Made by a program: the position numbers and the translations under genes. A stretch of 63,206 nucleotides of DNA, the filler included, from Reticulomyxa filosa (Eukaryota > Protista > Foraminifera), in the NCBI GenBank assembly GCA_000512085.1. It is 19 parts of 19 records of this genome, joined end to end, with 100 filler letters (N's around TTAATTAATTAA, not from the genome) between each part and the next. Parts side by side here need not be neighbours in the genome. Positions count along the whole stretch, not along the records: positions 1 to 2,456 come from ASPP01020084.1; positions 2,557 to 3,769 come from ASPP01008700.1; positions 3,870 to 5,732 come from ASPP01026069.1; positions 5,833 to 8,500 come from ASPP01033784.1; positions 8,601 to 9,690 come from ASPP01042243.1; positions 9,791 to 13,053 come from ASPP01008196.1; 13 more parts are not named here. One strand, written 5' to 3'. Positions 1 to 10,904 of this stretch are shown here, piece after piece. The notes beneath the pieces were generated by a model. The model was not told the origin of the DNA and made no database searches. It worked only from the letters and a program-made list of their open reading frames with translations. How positions within the stretch are numbered: position 1 is the first letter of the stretch; each line of letters opens with the position of its first letter.

Positions 1-71
1 TCTCTCTCTCTCTATCTCTGTTTCATTTTCCCCTTCTTTAATGTCAATGCAATGATCCATTTGTATCGACA

Positions 72-416
72 GTGAACGTTACAACGAACGAACTGATTTT
101 GAAATGTCAATGCACAAAACCATCAAATCAGCAATTATTCCTGGGTGTTGCAGGAATGTTTATTCACGGGTGTACATTCGATGGAAAAGTGCTAAAAGAG
201 TTACCTGCGCTCAGTTTCAATGCAAATGCAAGTGAAATGCCAACTTGCTATGTTTATTGCGAGACGATGACTAAAATAGTGGAAGGTAAACTGATTGTCC
301 CAATCTACTATTCCACAAACAGAACATATCAGGTGATGGATCTCGAATTACCCGATATGAAAGATCAGTCATGGAATTTAGCTGGAGTAGCATTAACCTT
401 GACTAATCTCTACTAG
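72..416 (+). CDS. Dynein heavy chain, C-terminal exon (partial; possibly cytoplasmic dynein-2 type)
   Basis: GMFIHGC...VPIYYSTNRTYQVMDLELP...SWNLAGVAL resembles the conserved dynein HC C-terminus (GLxLEGA...PVY...R......LP....W...GVAL); polypyrimidine tract and AG acceptor just upstream. Confidence 0.65.
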   Translation: MNVTTNELILKCQCTKPSNQQLFLGVAGMFIHGCTFDGKVLKELPALSFNANASEMPTCYVYCETMTKIVEGKLIVPIYYSTNRTYQVMDLELPDMKDQSWNLAGVALTLTNLY

Positions 417-1064
417 GGAATGATATGGGCTCAGGAGGAAGAACATGGGAAAAAGGGCTCTAACGTTTGACTAAATGATCGCAAAAGTCAATATTTGATT
501 AAATGTATTTAAATCTACTTCGATTTTAGCTTTATAGTACTCGTTACTTATATTTTATTAATATGAACACAAAAAAATTTTTATTACTCCCAAATCTTGA
601 AAAAGGTCTTGTGATCAAATTAAGCATATTAGTCACTCAAGTAATATGTTTTCAGTCCCGAAAAATTTTCTTCATGCACTTTTTTTAAAAAAGAGTGAAG
701 CAAAATTTTAAATCGAGCACTCAAAAAAATTACAACAATGTTTTAATCAAAAAACGAAGAGAGAATCGAATTTAAAACTATTCAATTTTCAAGATTGTCT
801 TCATTCTTCTTTGTTCCATTGTCACAAACATTTCGAATACATACACGTTATCCAGATTGTATCTACACTGAAAGCTAATCACGTTTCGGCTGAAAGACAA
901 ATACTTGTATTTCCCTAAAATATGGATTAATCGGTGGATTTAAATAAATTTATAATTGTTTATGGAAAAAATGAGTCTATTGTTAAAAGAGGCGTGAAAG
1001 AGTTGACTTTCTTTTTTACAGCAAAGGGAGATAAGCGAATAAATTCGCATTTTTTCCGAATTGC

Positions 1065-2430
1065 ATGAAAGTAAATACTTTGGGGATTGTCGGCATTGTT
1101 GTTTGTGTCGTAAACTATGTTATTTGTGGCCCAATTTTGATATTTTTTTGGCTTCGCTTTGATAAATTAAGCAAAGAGCCTCATTTCTTAAAAAGGAAGC
1201 CGAAGAGTGTGCGCCTATGTGTAATTTTAGCTATAGTGCATTTGTGTGTTGCTCAACCACTGTCAGTATTAATCCGAATTTTGGACATAACGCCTTTATT
1301 AGTGCATCTGGACGATATTTTGTTCACAGCCACTCTTTTGGGATTGGCATATGTTTTTCTAATGAGGTGAAGAAGAGGAAGTGATTTACATGGCAAAGCA
1401 CATTTTGCATTGAAGAGGATGAAAAGAGAGGGTCAAATAAAAAAAAATAAAATAGGATGATGTCCAATTTAAAAACAGTAATTGATGTTTGAGTATAGAA
1501 ATTGGTTATATTTCTATGAGATTGGTTATGCTCATGCGACCAAAGCGATGGTTTGGAAGCAGCAACTCAATAACTCTTATGGTTCAAGTGGCCCATCAAT
1601 GGAAGGCCCCACAAGTAAGGTGAAGGTGAGAGACAACAAATGGTTTATTGAGCACAAGCCGACCTATGGAAATGATGTATACGTCACGTATTTTTTGTTT
1701 GGATGTCACGTCATTTCGGTCCTCTTTCTCATGTTAGTAGTCACACAATCCCAATCATTTCAACGTTGATATGTGAGACAATATAATTTTTATTAAAAAA
1801 TATGTGACATGGATCTACTATTGTTTGGAGGGAGGGAAAAAAAAAAAAAAAGTAGTACTCGTTTTTCTTTTTTTTGTTTCCTAGAAGTTTAGCAGCCCTT
1901 TCTGAGTTTCCTTGGTACTTGTTCATTTCCCAGTGTATATTATTTGTGCTCCCAATTTCCGCACTCGTGTATTTGTGGAGATGTATCTCACCAATCACAG
2001 ACTTTTGGAGAATCCGAGGTTGGTCTTTTGTTTGTTTGAATGACCGAGGATTGTGTGTGTGTGCACAATAACTGCTCTTTGTGATATACCGTGTCACGGA
2101 CAGACGAGCTGTTGATGTGCAGCGTTGGAATGAGCACGTGTATGATTTTGTATTTGGGTTTGCACGTTAGTATGATCATTGGACAAAATCGCATCGTTGC
2201 ATTGGTGTTTATCGTCTTGAATGGGTGCTGTGTCATGACCGTGACATTGATTTGCACTGCATGGGTATACTTTTGTTGGTGGAAAGAACACATTTTGAGT
2301 GTCAGCGTCTGTCCCGATATAAGCGATCATGAAAAAATGGATTTGCGTATGGTTATCAAAGACAGACATGGATATGAATTGTTTATGGAGCATTTGTTGA
2401 AGTTCATTTTTGCATGTCTCTTTCGCTGCA
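1065..2430 (+). CDS. Multi-exon multi-pass membrane protein followed by the start of an RGS-like domain (7TM-RGS-like), 3' truncated
   Basis: Hydrophobic exons at 1065-1367, ~1500-1733, ~1908-2009 and ~2104-2400. They end in LRMVIKDRHGYELFMEHLLK, which resembles RGS helix 1-3 (L..IL....G...F..FL..E). Confidence 0.55.
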
Positions 2431-2456
2431 AAAAAAAAAAAAAAGGTCTATATATA

Positions 2457-2556
2457 NNNNNNNNNNNNNNNNNNNNNNNNNNNNNNNNNNNNNNNNNNNN
2501 TTAATTAATTAANNNNNNNNNNNNNNNNNNNNNNNNNNNNNNNNNNNNNNNNNNNN
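2457..2556. other. Artificial contig spacer (44N-TTAATTAATTAA-44N); 18 copies, starting at 2457, 3770, 5733, 8501, 9691, 13054, 17014, 20347, 22036, 24790, 25894, 28486, 30806, 32719, 34001, 42029, 44344, 50000
   Basis: Identical 100-nt N-padded linker with stop codons in all six frames; genes are truncated at each copy. Confidence 0.98.
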
Positions 2557-2592
<36 letters not shown>

Positions 2593-2640
2593 GTATATAT
2601 CCAATAAATAATAATAATGTGATAAAAAAGAACGGGTGGC

Positions 2641-3534
2641 GTGATGCTGTCACGACAATGTCATTTGGCAGCGGTCGATCGGATAATATTATTTGAACAA
2701 GACTTCCACGTGTTTTCGATTGGCCACGACTGTGCGTTTTGTTCGTTTTTAGTGTACTCGCAATTGGTGACGATGAAGGCGATCCAAGACATACTGAGCG
2801 ACGACTCGGAGTCGATCCGCGTGAGTTGGTACCGAGGACACTCTGCGCCCATTGCAAACTTGTACCGCAACCCGTGGTGTCTAATGAGCGATCTTGTGGT
2901 GGTGCAGCTATACAATGGAGACGTGGCCGTGTGGTGTGTGTCCACGGCCCAATTGGAGAGACTGTTGAAAGGCAATGAAGCAATGGCCTTCATGCGAGAT
3001 CGAATGTTGCCGCTGTGCAATCGAAGATCAGACCTGCCGCATCTGACCAAACACGAAAAGGAAATCTACGACTTGAATCGTCATCCGCATTTGAATTGCG
3101 CCGTCGTGATCGTCGATATACGAATGCTTGGGGACATGACATTGACGAGGCAATACAACATGGAGATGAACGACTTCAAAGACGCCATTCTGGAATACGA
3201 AGACTTGCCTTCGTTGGCTGGCAGCAAAAAATACGAAAACGGGCCGGCGCATGATAAAGAGATTGCCAAGCTGAGTGACACTTTGTCGCTGCTGTTGGAT
3301 TGGGGAGTGACCCCGGACATTGACAGCCTCTTTCTCTCCACCTTCCGCTCCTTAATCACCGACATTGCCCCTTGTCACGGCTTTTGCGGTGACTTTGAAA
3401 GCATGACCTTGCTCTTTCCCATCACCTCCGCCAATGGCGGGCACTGGAGGATTCAGCCCAAAATCACCGCCATCTACATGCTCGCCGTCAACACCATTTT
3501 GCATGTGGCTGCTCCAATGCGTGCCTCAAGATAA
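2641..3534 (+). CDS. WDR7/rabconnectin-3 beta-like WD40 protein, internal exon
   Basis: FSIGHD...GHSAPI...DLVVVQLYNGDVAVWCVSTAQLERLLKG and LSLLLDWGV...MTLLFP...WRIQPKITA parallel WDR7 motifs recalled from the family. Confidence 0.6.
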   Translation: MMLSRQCHLAAVDRIILFEQDFHVFSIGHDCAFCSFLVYSQLVTMKAIQDILSDDSESIRVSWYRGHSAPIANLYRNPWCLMSDLVVVQLYNGDVAVWCVSTAQLERLLKGNEAMAFMRDRMLPLCNRRSDLPHLTKHEKEIYDLNRHPHLNCAVVIVDIRMLGDMTLTRQYNMEMNDFKDAILEYEDLPSLAGSKKYENGPAHDKEIAKLSDTLSLLLDWGVTPDIDSLFLSTFRSLITDIAPCHGFCGDFESMTLLFPITSANGGHWRIQPKITAIYMLAVNTILHVAAPMRASR

Positions 3535-3869
3535 ATTGCCCATCTGCACACGGCTAATCTCTCATTACCAACTGAATTTGCCTACTCAATTCCAGTTTTT
3601 TTTTTAACAAATGAAAAAAAAACAAAAACAAAAACAAATAAATAAATACATATATTATATAAATAATATATGTATTTATTTATTTGGTTTTTTTTTGTAT
3701 ACGTTGTTGCTATTCACTCACAATCAATGATTGGCTGTAATGTGTTTGTGTTTTTTTCCCCCCCCCCCCNNNNNNNNNNNNNNNNNNNNNNNNNNNNNNN
3801 NNNNNNNNNNNNNTTAATTAATTAANNNNNNNNNNNNNNNNNNNNNNNNNNNNNNNNNNNNNNNNNNNN

Positions 3870-4951
3870 GCCGTCAGCCGATCAAACTCAAACATGAATT
3901 TGTCCACTTGTTGTTCCATTTCGGCCAAGTTCTTTGGACGCGAGTGTTCATATTCGGACAATATTTCTATTAAAAAAAAAAAAAAAGTTCACAGTTATAT
4001 ATGTACGTATATGTTATATAAGTCCTTTTTTTTTTTAAAAAAAAAAAAAAACTAAAACAAACAAACTAGTCTTTTCCCATGAAATGGACCCCTGATAAAA
4101 GGGCTGCACAATAGTGGACGAGTCAAAGTGCATCGCAGATTGAACTGACTTGGATGATGTGAAAGTGACGACGCGAAGCGATCCAAGATGGACAGAGCAG
4201 TGGAAACATGATCGGTATGTTGCAGATTGGAAGACACGACGTCGCTATTGGAGATATCGTGTAAAAAAGAAGGCGTCTTTTTTTTGACATAGCGAGCCCT
4301 CTTTTGCAGTCGCACGACCTTCCTCGTCGGATCTGTGATTTGGCATCTGTTGATCTCGCCGAAACAACTAAACACGTTGCGCACGTCTTGGTCGCTCCAC
4401 GACAATGGCATGTTCCATATGCGAAGACTTTTGCAGTTGTTTAGCACTACGTACGCTCGCTTCAATTGGCTTGTCTTGCTTTGCTGCTGTTGCTGTGCTT
4501 TCAAGCTCTCCAATCGCTTCAGTTGCTTGTCTGTTAACTGTCGACTGTACCATACCTCGCGTGCCTCTGTCATTGGAATTGTCTCTCCTTTCTTTATTAT
4601 CTTTGGTGTTCCTGTCTCCCAAGGGATTTTTATACTATTCTTTTTTGCTATCAATTTGTCAATATTTGCTTCCATTTCTTCTCTTTGTTGTCCTTCTTCT
4701 TCTTTTTCCTCCTCGTTTTGGGTTTCTTTGAGGTCATCGTTGTCCTCAATCACTGTGCTCGCCTTTGTGTCCTTCTCGTTCCCACTTTCCTCATTGTTTT
4801 TTGTTTCCAGATAGCTGCCAAACGCTTGTTCCAATGCCTTGTCCAACGCGTTTTGGTACTCTTCTTCAATGTCACTATGACGCTCTGCTGAAGCGGAGGC
4901 AGAGTCGTCTTCTTCTGATGCTTCAATAAATTTGTCCTCTTCTTTTGACAT
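3870..4951 (-). CDS. RRM-domain RNA-binding protein with acidic N-terminus, multi-exon, 3' truncated
   Basis: SLRIWNMPLSWSDQDVRNVFSCFGEINRCQI is an RNP2/helix-1 RRM pattern; introns rich in poly-A/T. Confidence 0.7.
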
Positions 4952-5535
4952 GATATAAGATTATCTATTGTACACGTCCCCCCTTTCCAGAATTTTTTGG
5001 TTTTGTTGAACTCGAAGGAAACTATTTTAAAGTTAGTAAATTTATTAACTTTTAATACCCTTTTAATTTCATTAACTTTCCAAAAAAAGAAAGAACACTA
5101 AGATCTTATCATATTTTTTTCTCTTTTATTTATTTGAAGTTCACATAAAAAAAAAGATATTTATGACCATAAAATTAGAAATCGTAATCAAGCCTAACTG
5201 TCTCAAAAGTTACTTTCTTTTCAATTTTGATGTACATAAACAAAATAAACCAACGCCCTGATTACAACTAAGATAGAAAGTACAATTGCAACACCCAGTT
5301 ATCGGGGTAGCACGGATTCCCTCACAAGTAAATGTCAACATTTTTGCTGATTTATGTAGTCTTTTTTTTGTGCACTTGTGGAATTTGCAATGTTATTTAT
5401 ACTGTGGCCAAAGAACTTGAAAAAAAAAAAGTAAAAAGAGTTCACGTAATATTTATGTCCTCAATGATTACCTTTACAAAGCTGATTGTTTGAATACACA
5501 ATATTAAAAAAAGGTAAAGAGAACGAAAAAGGCTT

Positions 5536-5732
5536 TTACAAGGAACGATCCATGTCTTTGCACAATTCAGGGTAGGTTTGATAAAACCAGAAAACTGCAA
5601 ACTTCAGTCCTGCAGGAAAATCCAACTGGTCGTTCATTACAAAGCGATACGAGTCTTTCACCGGCATGAACACTAATTCGATATTTTCATTTTCGTGTTC
5701 ACTCCCACCACCTTTGGAAATTCGCATCGATT
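5536..5732 (-). CDS. Nudix hydrolase C-terminus (NUDT14/UDP-sugar pyrophosphatase-like), 5' truncated
   Basis: RISKGGGSEHENENIELVFMP....RFVMND....PAGLKFAVFWF matches the NUDT14 tail pattern GGG..EEGE.IEVV.LP.......D......G..F...WF. Confidence 0.6.
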
Positions 5733-6229
5733 NNNNNNNNNNNNNNNNNNNNNNNNNNNNNNNNNNNNNNNNNNNNTTAATTAATTAANNNNNNNNNNNN
5801 NNNNNNNNNNNNNNNNNNNNNNNNNNNNNNNNTTTTGATTACGTTTGCGATATACTAGTATTAGTTATATTTGATAACAAAAATGTAAACATAGAAGCTC
5901 CAATTTTACCACCTTGATTTTTATGAACGGATTACAAGTTGTTAACTCTTTTCTTTTTGAGTTGGCATTGATTATTCGTTATAATTATTATATCCTTTTT
6001 GCTTTGTTGATTTGAAGAGTTTTTTATTATTATTTGGCTGTACATTTTTTTGTATAGTTTCACTATTGGAATTACATTGCGAATGGATAACTATAGTGAA
6101 TGCAAGCAAAGTTGACACCTAAAACGGCACCTTATAGAGATTATTGATTTTTTACATGAAAAAACAACACTCAGACCTAATTTTTTAAAATATCTACAAA
6201 TTGTGTACTTTTTAAATATCATATTTACT

Positions 6230-6990
6230 AATTGTTTAAAAAATTTGAATATTTTATTCATTTTTGAAAATTTTTGAGAAAAAGTTGACAATTGTGCCTA
6301 CCTAGTAACCATGAAACTTGTCAACGTTTTTTAAGCATTTTCAGAAAGTCCCCAACGCGTAGATATTTGTAAAAAAAAAGATTAGTCTTCTACGTTGCGT
6401 AGTTTTTGAGAAAACTCAATTTTTTGTTAATAAAATAATTTTTTTTTGCAGAATTTAATGTTATTTTCAAAGTTTGTGCATTGTGAAGGTATTGTTGTTT
6501 TTGACTACTGTTTGCTTTGTCTTTACTTATTATTCTTTTTGCTTTTTTTTTCCAATGCCAAACAAGTCAAGCTAATTCAAAAGCATAAGAGATAAAATTT
6601 TTTTTTGTAGTAAGATTGTTTTTAATGAAAATTACCATTTGATTAAATCACTTTTTTCATTGTATACTGCTTGTATTCTCTCTGGCATTGATTTTGTTAA
6701 GTTTGTGCATGTCTCTTTGTCAATTTTTTCACATTATAATTCAAATTGTTTCCAACGTTCTTCTTTTGATCTGAATAGTCCATTTTTGAATATTTTGTTT
6801 TCACTATCAACCACAGATTTTCGATTTGGTTCATGTCTGTAGAATTTATATTGAAATTCAATACTTTGATAGCGTTTTGTAATTGCCATGTGGCTGGTGG
6901 CATTATCTTGCTGAAATATACAATTTCATTACCTTCTAAGCACCAATTAATGCTTGATCATTTTATCATCTAGAACTTCTTTGTAAATAT
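6230..6990 (-). mobile_element. Degenerate Tc1/mariner transposon relic (copy A)
   Basis: Minus strand encodes QQDNATSH (6890-6913) and, frameshifted, NSTDMNQIENLW. About 450 nt of the 3' non-coding part is a reverse-complement homologue of 44940-45395. Confidence 0.8.
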
Positions 6991-8050
6991 CTTCATTGAT
7001 ATTTGATGGAATTTGTGGATCACATTTAAGTTTTCTTTCAACTTTTTAGTCTATCTTTGTTGATTTTAAAAGGACAGCTTAATGATATATTCTATTTTTC
7101 AAATACTTTTCTTAAATCAATGTGATATCATGATATGCAAATTATTTACATTAAATATTAAAAATATTTGGCAGTAAATAGACACATTTCAAAATAATAT
7201 TGTGTAATTTCTTTTTCAAAAGTAAAATTTGATTCGTTATCATATGTATCAATTAGTTTGCGTTTCTTTTTTTTCAGTTGTGTTTTTGTTATGTCTTTGG
7301 TTTGTTCACGAACGTATCCTTCTTTTTTTTTGTTTGTTTTCGTATTCATTTCAGTGCTCATGCTGTCTATGTTCATGTTAGCCTTTGTCTTGTTCATGCT
7401 TGGTGATTTGGAAAATATTTTGCTGGAGAAAATAGAATGTTATGCTTATTCTTTTTTTTATATTTTTTTTGATATATGCATACAAAAAGAAATAAATGTA
7501 CGTATAACATATTATTGTTTTTTTCATTTTTTTTTGTTAATTACTAATCAGTTTGATATCAATTTGATTTAATGCTCAATATTAGTCTATTGCTATGTTA
7601 TAATGCATATTATTTGACTGTGTTTCATGCAGAGTATTTGCTGCATAAATAATTTGACAATTTTAATTGTCAAAATTATAAGTAGTCATAACAAGTTTTA
7701 TACATATCCTTAAAAATACTTTTCTGTTAATAGATTACTGACAGTAAAAAAACTCAGGATTCAGATAATTTATACACATTTTTTCTTTTAGTAATAAGTT
7801 ATTATAATTTGTAGAATACTCCAAATCATTTTTCTACATAATTTGCATAATTATATAAAGCGAAATTAAGGATTCATAAAGCTTAGAAAACAATTACTTA
7901 ATATCAAACAAGAATGCAAAGATTAACTTATTTATCTAAAGAAAACTCAAAGTGCATTAATTGTGATAAATGATTTTCATCTTCATCAATGCTGCACAAT
8001 CGCATCCCACATTATTCGTCGACTCCACCTGTTTTATTTCATTTCTTAAA

Positions 8051-8500
8051 TTACTTTCTTTGATTGTCCTTTTCCTTGGAATTGCATGTCAGTGATCCAA
8101 AATGTGATTTTAATTGTTGCATTTTCTGTAGCAAATTTAAGATCGCTGTTTCAGTTGCAATTTCTTCATTTGTTAATGAATTATCTTCGTTTTGATTTTT
8201 CTCTTCATCATTACTTTGTTCTTCTTCTTTGTTTTTCTCATCATGATCTTTCAGACCATTTAGATTAATTTCAGGCAAATCCAATGATTCTTCTGTTAAC
8301 AAACGTTGCATTTCATTCACTGAATTGCAAACTTCTTTGAATAATACATTAGCACAATCTATTGCCGATTCCACCAGTCGAAAAAGTACTCGATGATGGC
8401 AATGTACGATCTCATTTTGACCAGATTTTTTATCTTTAAATTGGATTGGAATACTTGCTTTCAATAATGCTTCTACAGCTCTATAATCATGTACTTGTCT
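8051..8500 (-). CDS. Hypothetical protein C-terminus (acidic/coiled-coil)
   Basis: Open frame from the contig edge to the stop at 8051 with protein-like composition; no recognisable motif. Confidence 0.35.
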   Translation of the reverse strand, partial: RQVHDYRAVEALLKASIPIQFKDKKSGQNEIVHCHHRVLFRLVESAIDCANVLFKEVCNSVNEMQRLLTEESLDLPEINLNGLKDHDEKNKEEEQSNDEEKNQNEDNSLTNEEIATETAILNLLQKMQQLKSHFGSLTCNSKEKDNQRK

Positions 8501-8689
8501 NNNNNNNNNNNNNNNNNNNNNNNNNNNNNNNNNNNNNNNNNNNNTTAATTAATTAANNNNNNNNNNNNNNNNNNNNNNNNNNNNNNNNNNNNNNNNNNNN
8601 GGGGCATTGTCTACGATTTTGGTGTTAGCAGCGACAGTATTGATATTCGTGGAGCTATTTTGAGGATAATTGGCAATACAAGCCTGAAA

Positions 8690-9690
8690 AAAAAATTGAT
8701 TAATTCTGTGCATATGTTGATGGGGATATTGGTAATTTCGATATCCAGGCATTCTTCTTCAAAATTTTTGGTTTTGTCATCTCCGTCGATAAAATGATTG
8801 AGTGCGAAAGGGCATTTCATTTCAATAATGTTAATTAATTTGCCCATATCTATCGAATTTAGTTTGTACATAAGCTCCACGAATTGGGTCAGACGTTCGC
8901 GATCACTTCCGTCTGCTTTGTTCGTACGGTCCACAATGGACCTTCCAAATTGTAAATCAATACAGACAAGACAAAACAAGAATGTCACGAAACTGTGTAT
9001 ATACAACATAGAGCATCATTTCAAAACTTGGTTTCATATTTCAATACGTGAGAGAATTTCTTTTCAAATTGTTTGGAAAGATTGTCAGCGACACAATAGA
9101 GCGGAGATCCTGGAGTATTGAAAGTCAAAGAATTCTTCCACACTAGATCGAACATCTTGTGCAAACATTTCGGCGTCGCTGTATTCTCTCTTTTTCATTT
9201 TTTCGTTAATGGTGCCCAAATCCATGGGTCGTGTCACAATGCTACAATAATTTTCTAAACCAATTTGATTACAGTCCACGGGAGTACGATATTCGACTGC
9301 TTGTGGATTCGCGCGATTAGCGATTGCAATATTCGATTACAATGTTCTAAATTCCGGTTTGTAATCATTGGCCATATTTGCGTTCTTTGTGGTGACTGCA
9401 ACATCAGACTCTATCTTTTCTTTGTCTCCCAATTCGTCCTTGTCGTCACGGGCTTTTTTTCTTCTCGTTTGCCTCCAGTGGTCTTGCCTTTGGCTTTGCT
9501 TTTGCTTTTTGTTGTGTTCGTCTCTGTCGTGCTGTTGCTGTTGGAGGTGCGCTCGCCGTTTTGATTATCATTGCCTCCATTGTCGTCGTTGGCTCTTCGT
9601 AATCCATCCTTTCTATTCTATTCTCTCTCATTGTCTTCTCTTTAGTGTCCATATGTCTCTGCCGTTGTCACTTAGTTTCATATCCACAAT
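8690..9690 (-). CDS. BET/GTE-type bromodomain + extra-terminal (ET) domain protein, partial, with a 1-nt frameshift near 9147
   Basis: PVDCNQIGLENYCSIVTRPMDLGTI...FAQDVR/LVWKNSLTFNTPGS is a bromodomain; LNSIDMGKLINIIEMKCP...LDIEITNIP resembles an ET domain. Confidence 0.8.
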
Positions 9691-9792
9691 NNNNNNNNNN
9701 NNNNNNNNNNNNNNNNNNNNNNNNNNNNNNNNNNTTAATTAATTAANNNNNNNNNNNNNNNNNNNNNNNNNNNNNNNNNNNNNNNNNNNNGC

Positions 9793-10713
9793 GAACTGCT
9801 GGACCGGCTTCTGACGCACAACATCGCGGCGCTCATGGCGGACGATCGGATCGAGCTTGCCGAGGTGGTGCAGGACGGGGTCCGGGTGCGGGCCGGCGCG
9901 GGAGCGTCTTCGTTCCGCCGCCGGCAGAGCCTGCACAAGCACCTGAAGAAGGCGCGCCGGCTGGTCGAGTACCTGAAGCGGGAGATCGACGAGGACCCCG
10001 ACGCCAGCAACCGGCGCATCAAGGCGGCCCAGGAGCGGGCCGCGCGCGAGCGCGAGGAGCGCGTGGCGGCCGCGCTCGACAAGCTGGCCGAGATCGAGGC
10101 CGAGCGGGAGCGGCGCGGCAAGACCAACAAGAAGCAGGTGGCCGGGCAGAAGGAGCCTCGCGCCTCGACCACCGATCCTCAGGCGCGCGTCATGAAGATG
10201 GCGGATGGCGGCTTCCGGCCGGCCTACAACTGCCAGATCGGCACGGTGGCCGAAGGCCAGATCGTGGTCGACGTCGCCATCGACACCACGGGTTCGGACC
10301 GCGGCCTGCTGCGGCCCATGCTGGAGCGGCTGAAAGAGCGCTATCAACGGCAGCCCCGGCGCCATCTGGTCGATGGGGGCTTCCACAAGAACGAGGATAC
10401 GGAGGAGGCGTTCGAGCAGGGTGTGTTGATCTACGGACCGACCACCCGGAACAAGCACAAGAGCGACCCCTATGCGCCGCGGCCCAAGGACGGCCCCGGC
10501 GTTGCCGCCTGGCGCCGGCGCATGCGGAGCCCGCACGGCAAGGGCGTCTACAAACGACGGGCGATGGGCGAGTGCATCAACGCCCGCTTCCGGCAGTGGG
10601 GCCTGCGCCAGTTCACCGTGCGCGGCGTTCACAAGGTCAAAACCGTCCTGCTCTGGTTCGCCCTCGCCAACAACATCATCGCCGGCCATCGCCTCAGGAC
10701 AGCCAACGCATGA
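9793..10713 (+). CDS. IS1182-family DDE transposase, 5' truncated
   Basis: QDGVRVRA, STTDPQARVMKMADGGFRPAYNCQ, LVDGGF and YKRRAMGECINA...GLRQFTVRG..KV...LW.ALANN are typical IS1182 motifs; the frame is open to the contig edge. Confidence 0.85.
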   Translation, partial: ELLDRLLTHNIAALMADDRIELAEVVQDGVRVRAGAGASSFRRRQSLHKHLKKARRLVEYLKREIDEDPDASNRRIKAAQERAAREREERVAAALDKLAEIEAERERRGKTNKKQVAGQKEPRASTTDPQARVMKMADGGFRPAYNCQIGTVAEGQIVVDVAIDTTGSDRGLLRPMLERLKERYQRQPRRHLVDGGFHKNEDTEEAFEQGVLIYGPTTRNKHKSDPYAPRPKDGPGVAAWRRRMRSPHGKGVYKRRAMGECINARFRQWGLRQFTVRGVHKVKTVLLWFALANNIIAGHRLRTANA

Positions 10714-10803
10714 CCAGGCCGTTGCGGGACCTGCACGGCTATGGCCGCCAAACCCGCCCGTGGCGACAAGGCCCAGCGCACCATCCCGCGCGAACCCAAA
10801 CCC

Positions 10804-10834
10804 GAGAGCTTGCCGAATACGCTCACAAGCTCTC
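10804..10834. repeat. Perfect 9-bp inverted repeat GAGAGCTTG-N13-CAAGCTCTC at the presumed IS1182 right end, abutting the IS110 left end
   Basis: 10804-10812 is the exact reverse complement of 10826-10834. Confidence 0.7.
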
Positions 10835-10864
10835 AGATTCTATGTGGCGACGAGAGGTCGAGAG

Positions 10865-10900
10865 GTAGGTTTGGAGTTGCGAGAACCGAACCTACGGAGG
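10865..10900 (+). promoter_or_regulatory. 5' leader hairpin (GTAGGTTTGG/CCGAACCTAC) immediately followed by the Shine-Dalgarno GGAGG of the IS110 recombinase
   Basis: 10-bp stem 10865-10874/10886-10895 with one G:U pair; GGAGG at 10896-10900; ATG at 10905. Confidence 0.65.
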
Positions 10901-10904
10901 AGTT

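Noticed and set aside
2457-2556. Recurrent palindromic TTAATTAATTAA as a biological repeat or CRISPR-like array
   Set aside because: Always embedded in fixed N padding; it is an assembly concatenation linker, so adjacency across it carries no meaning.
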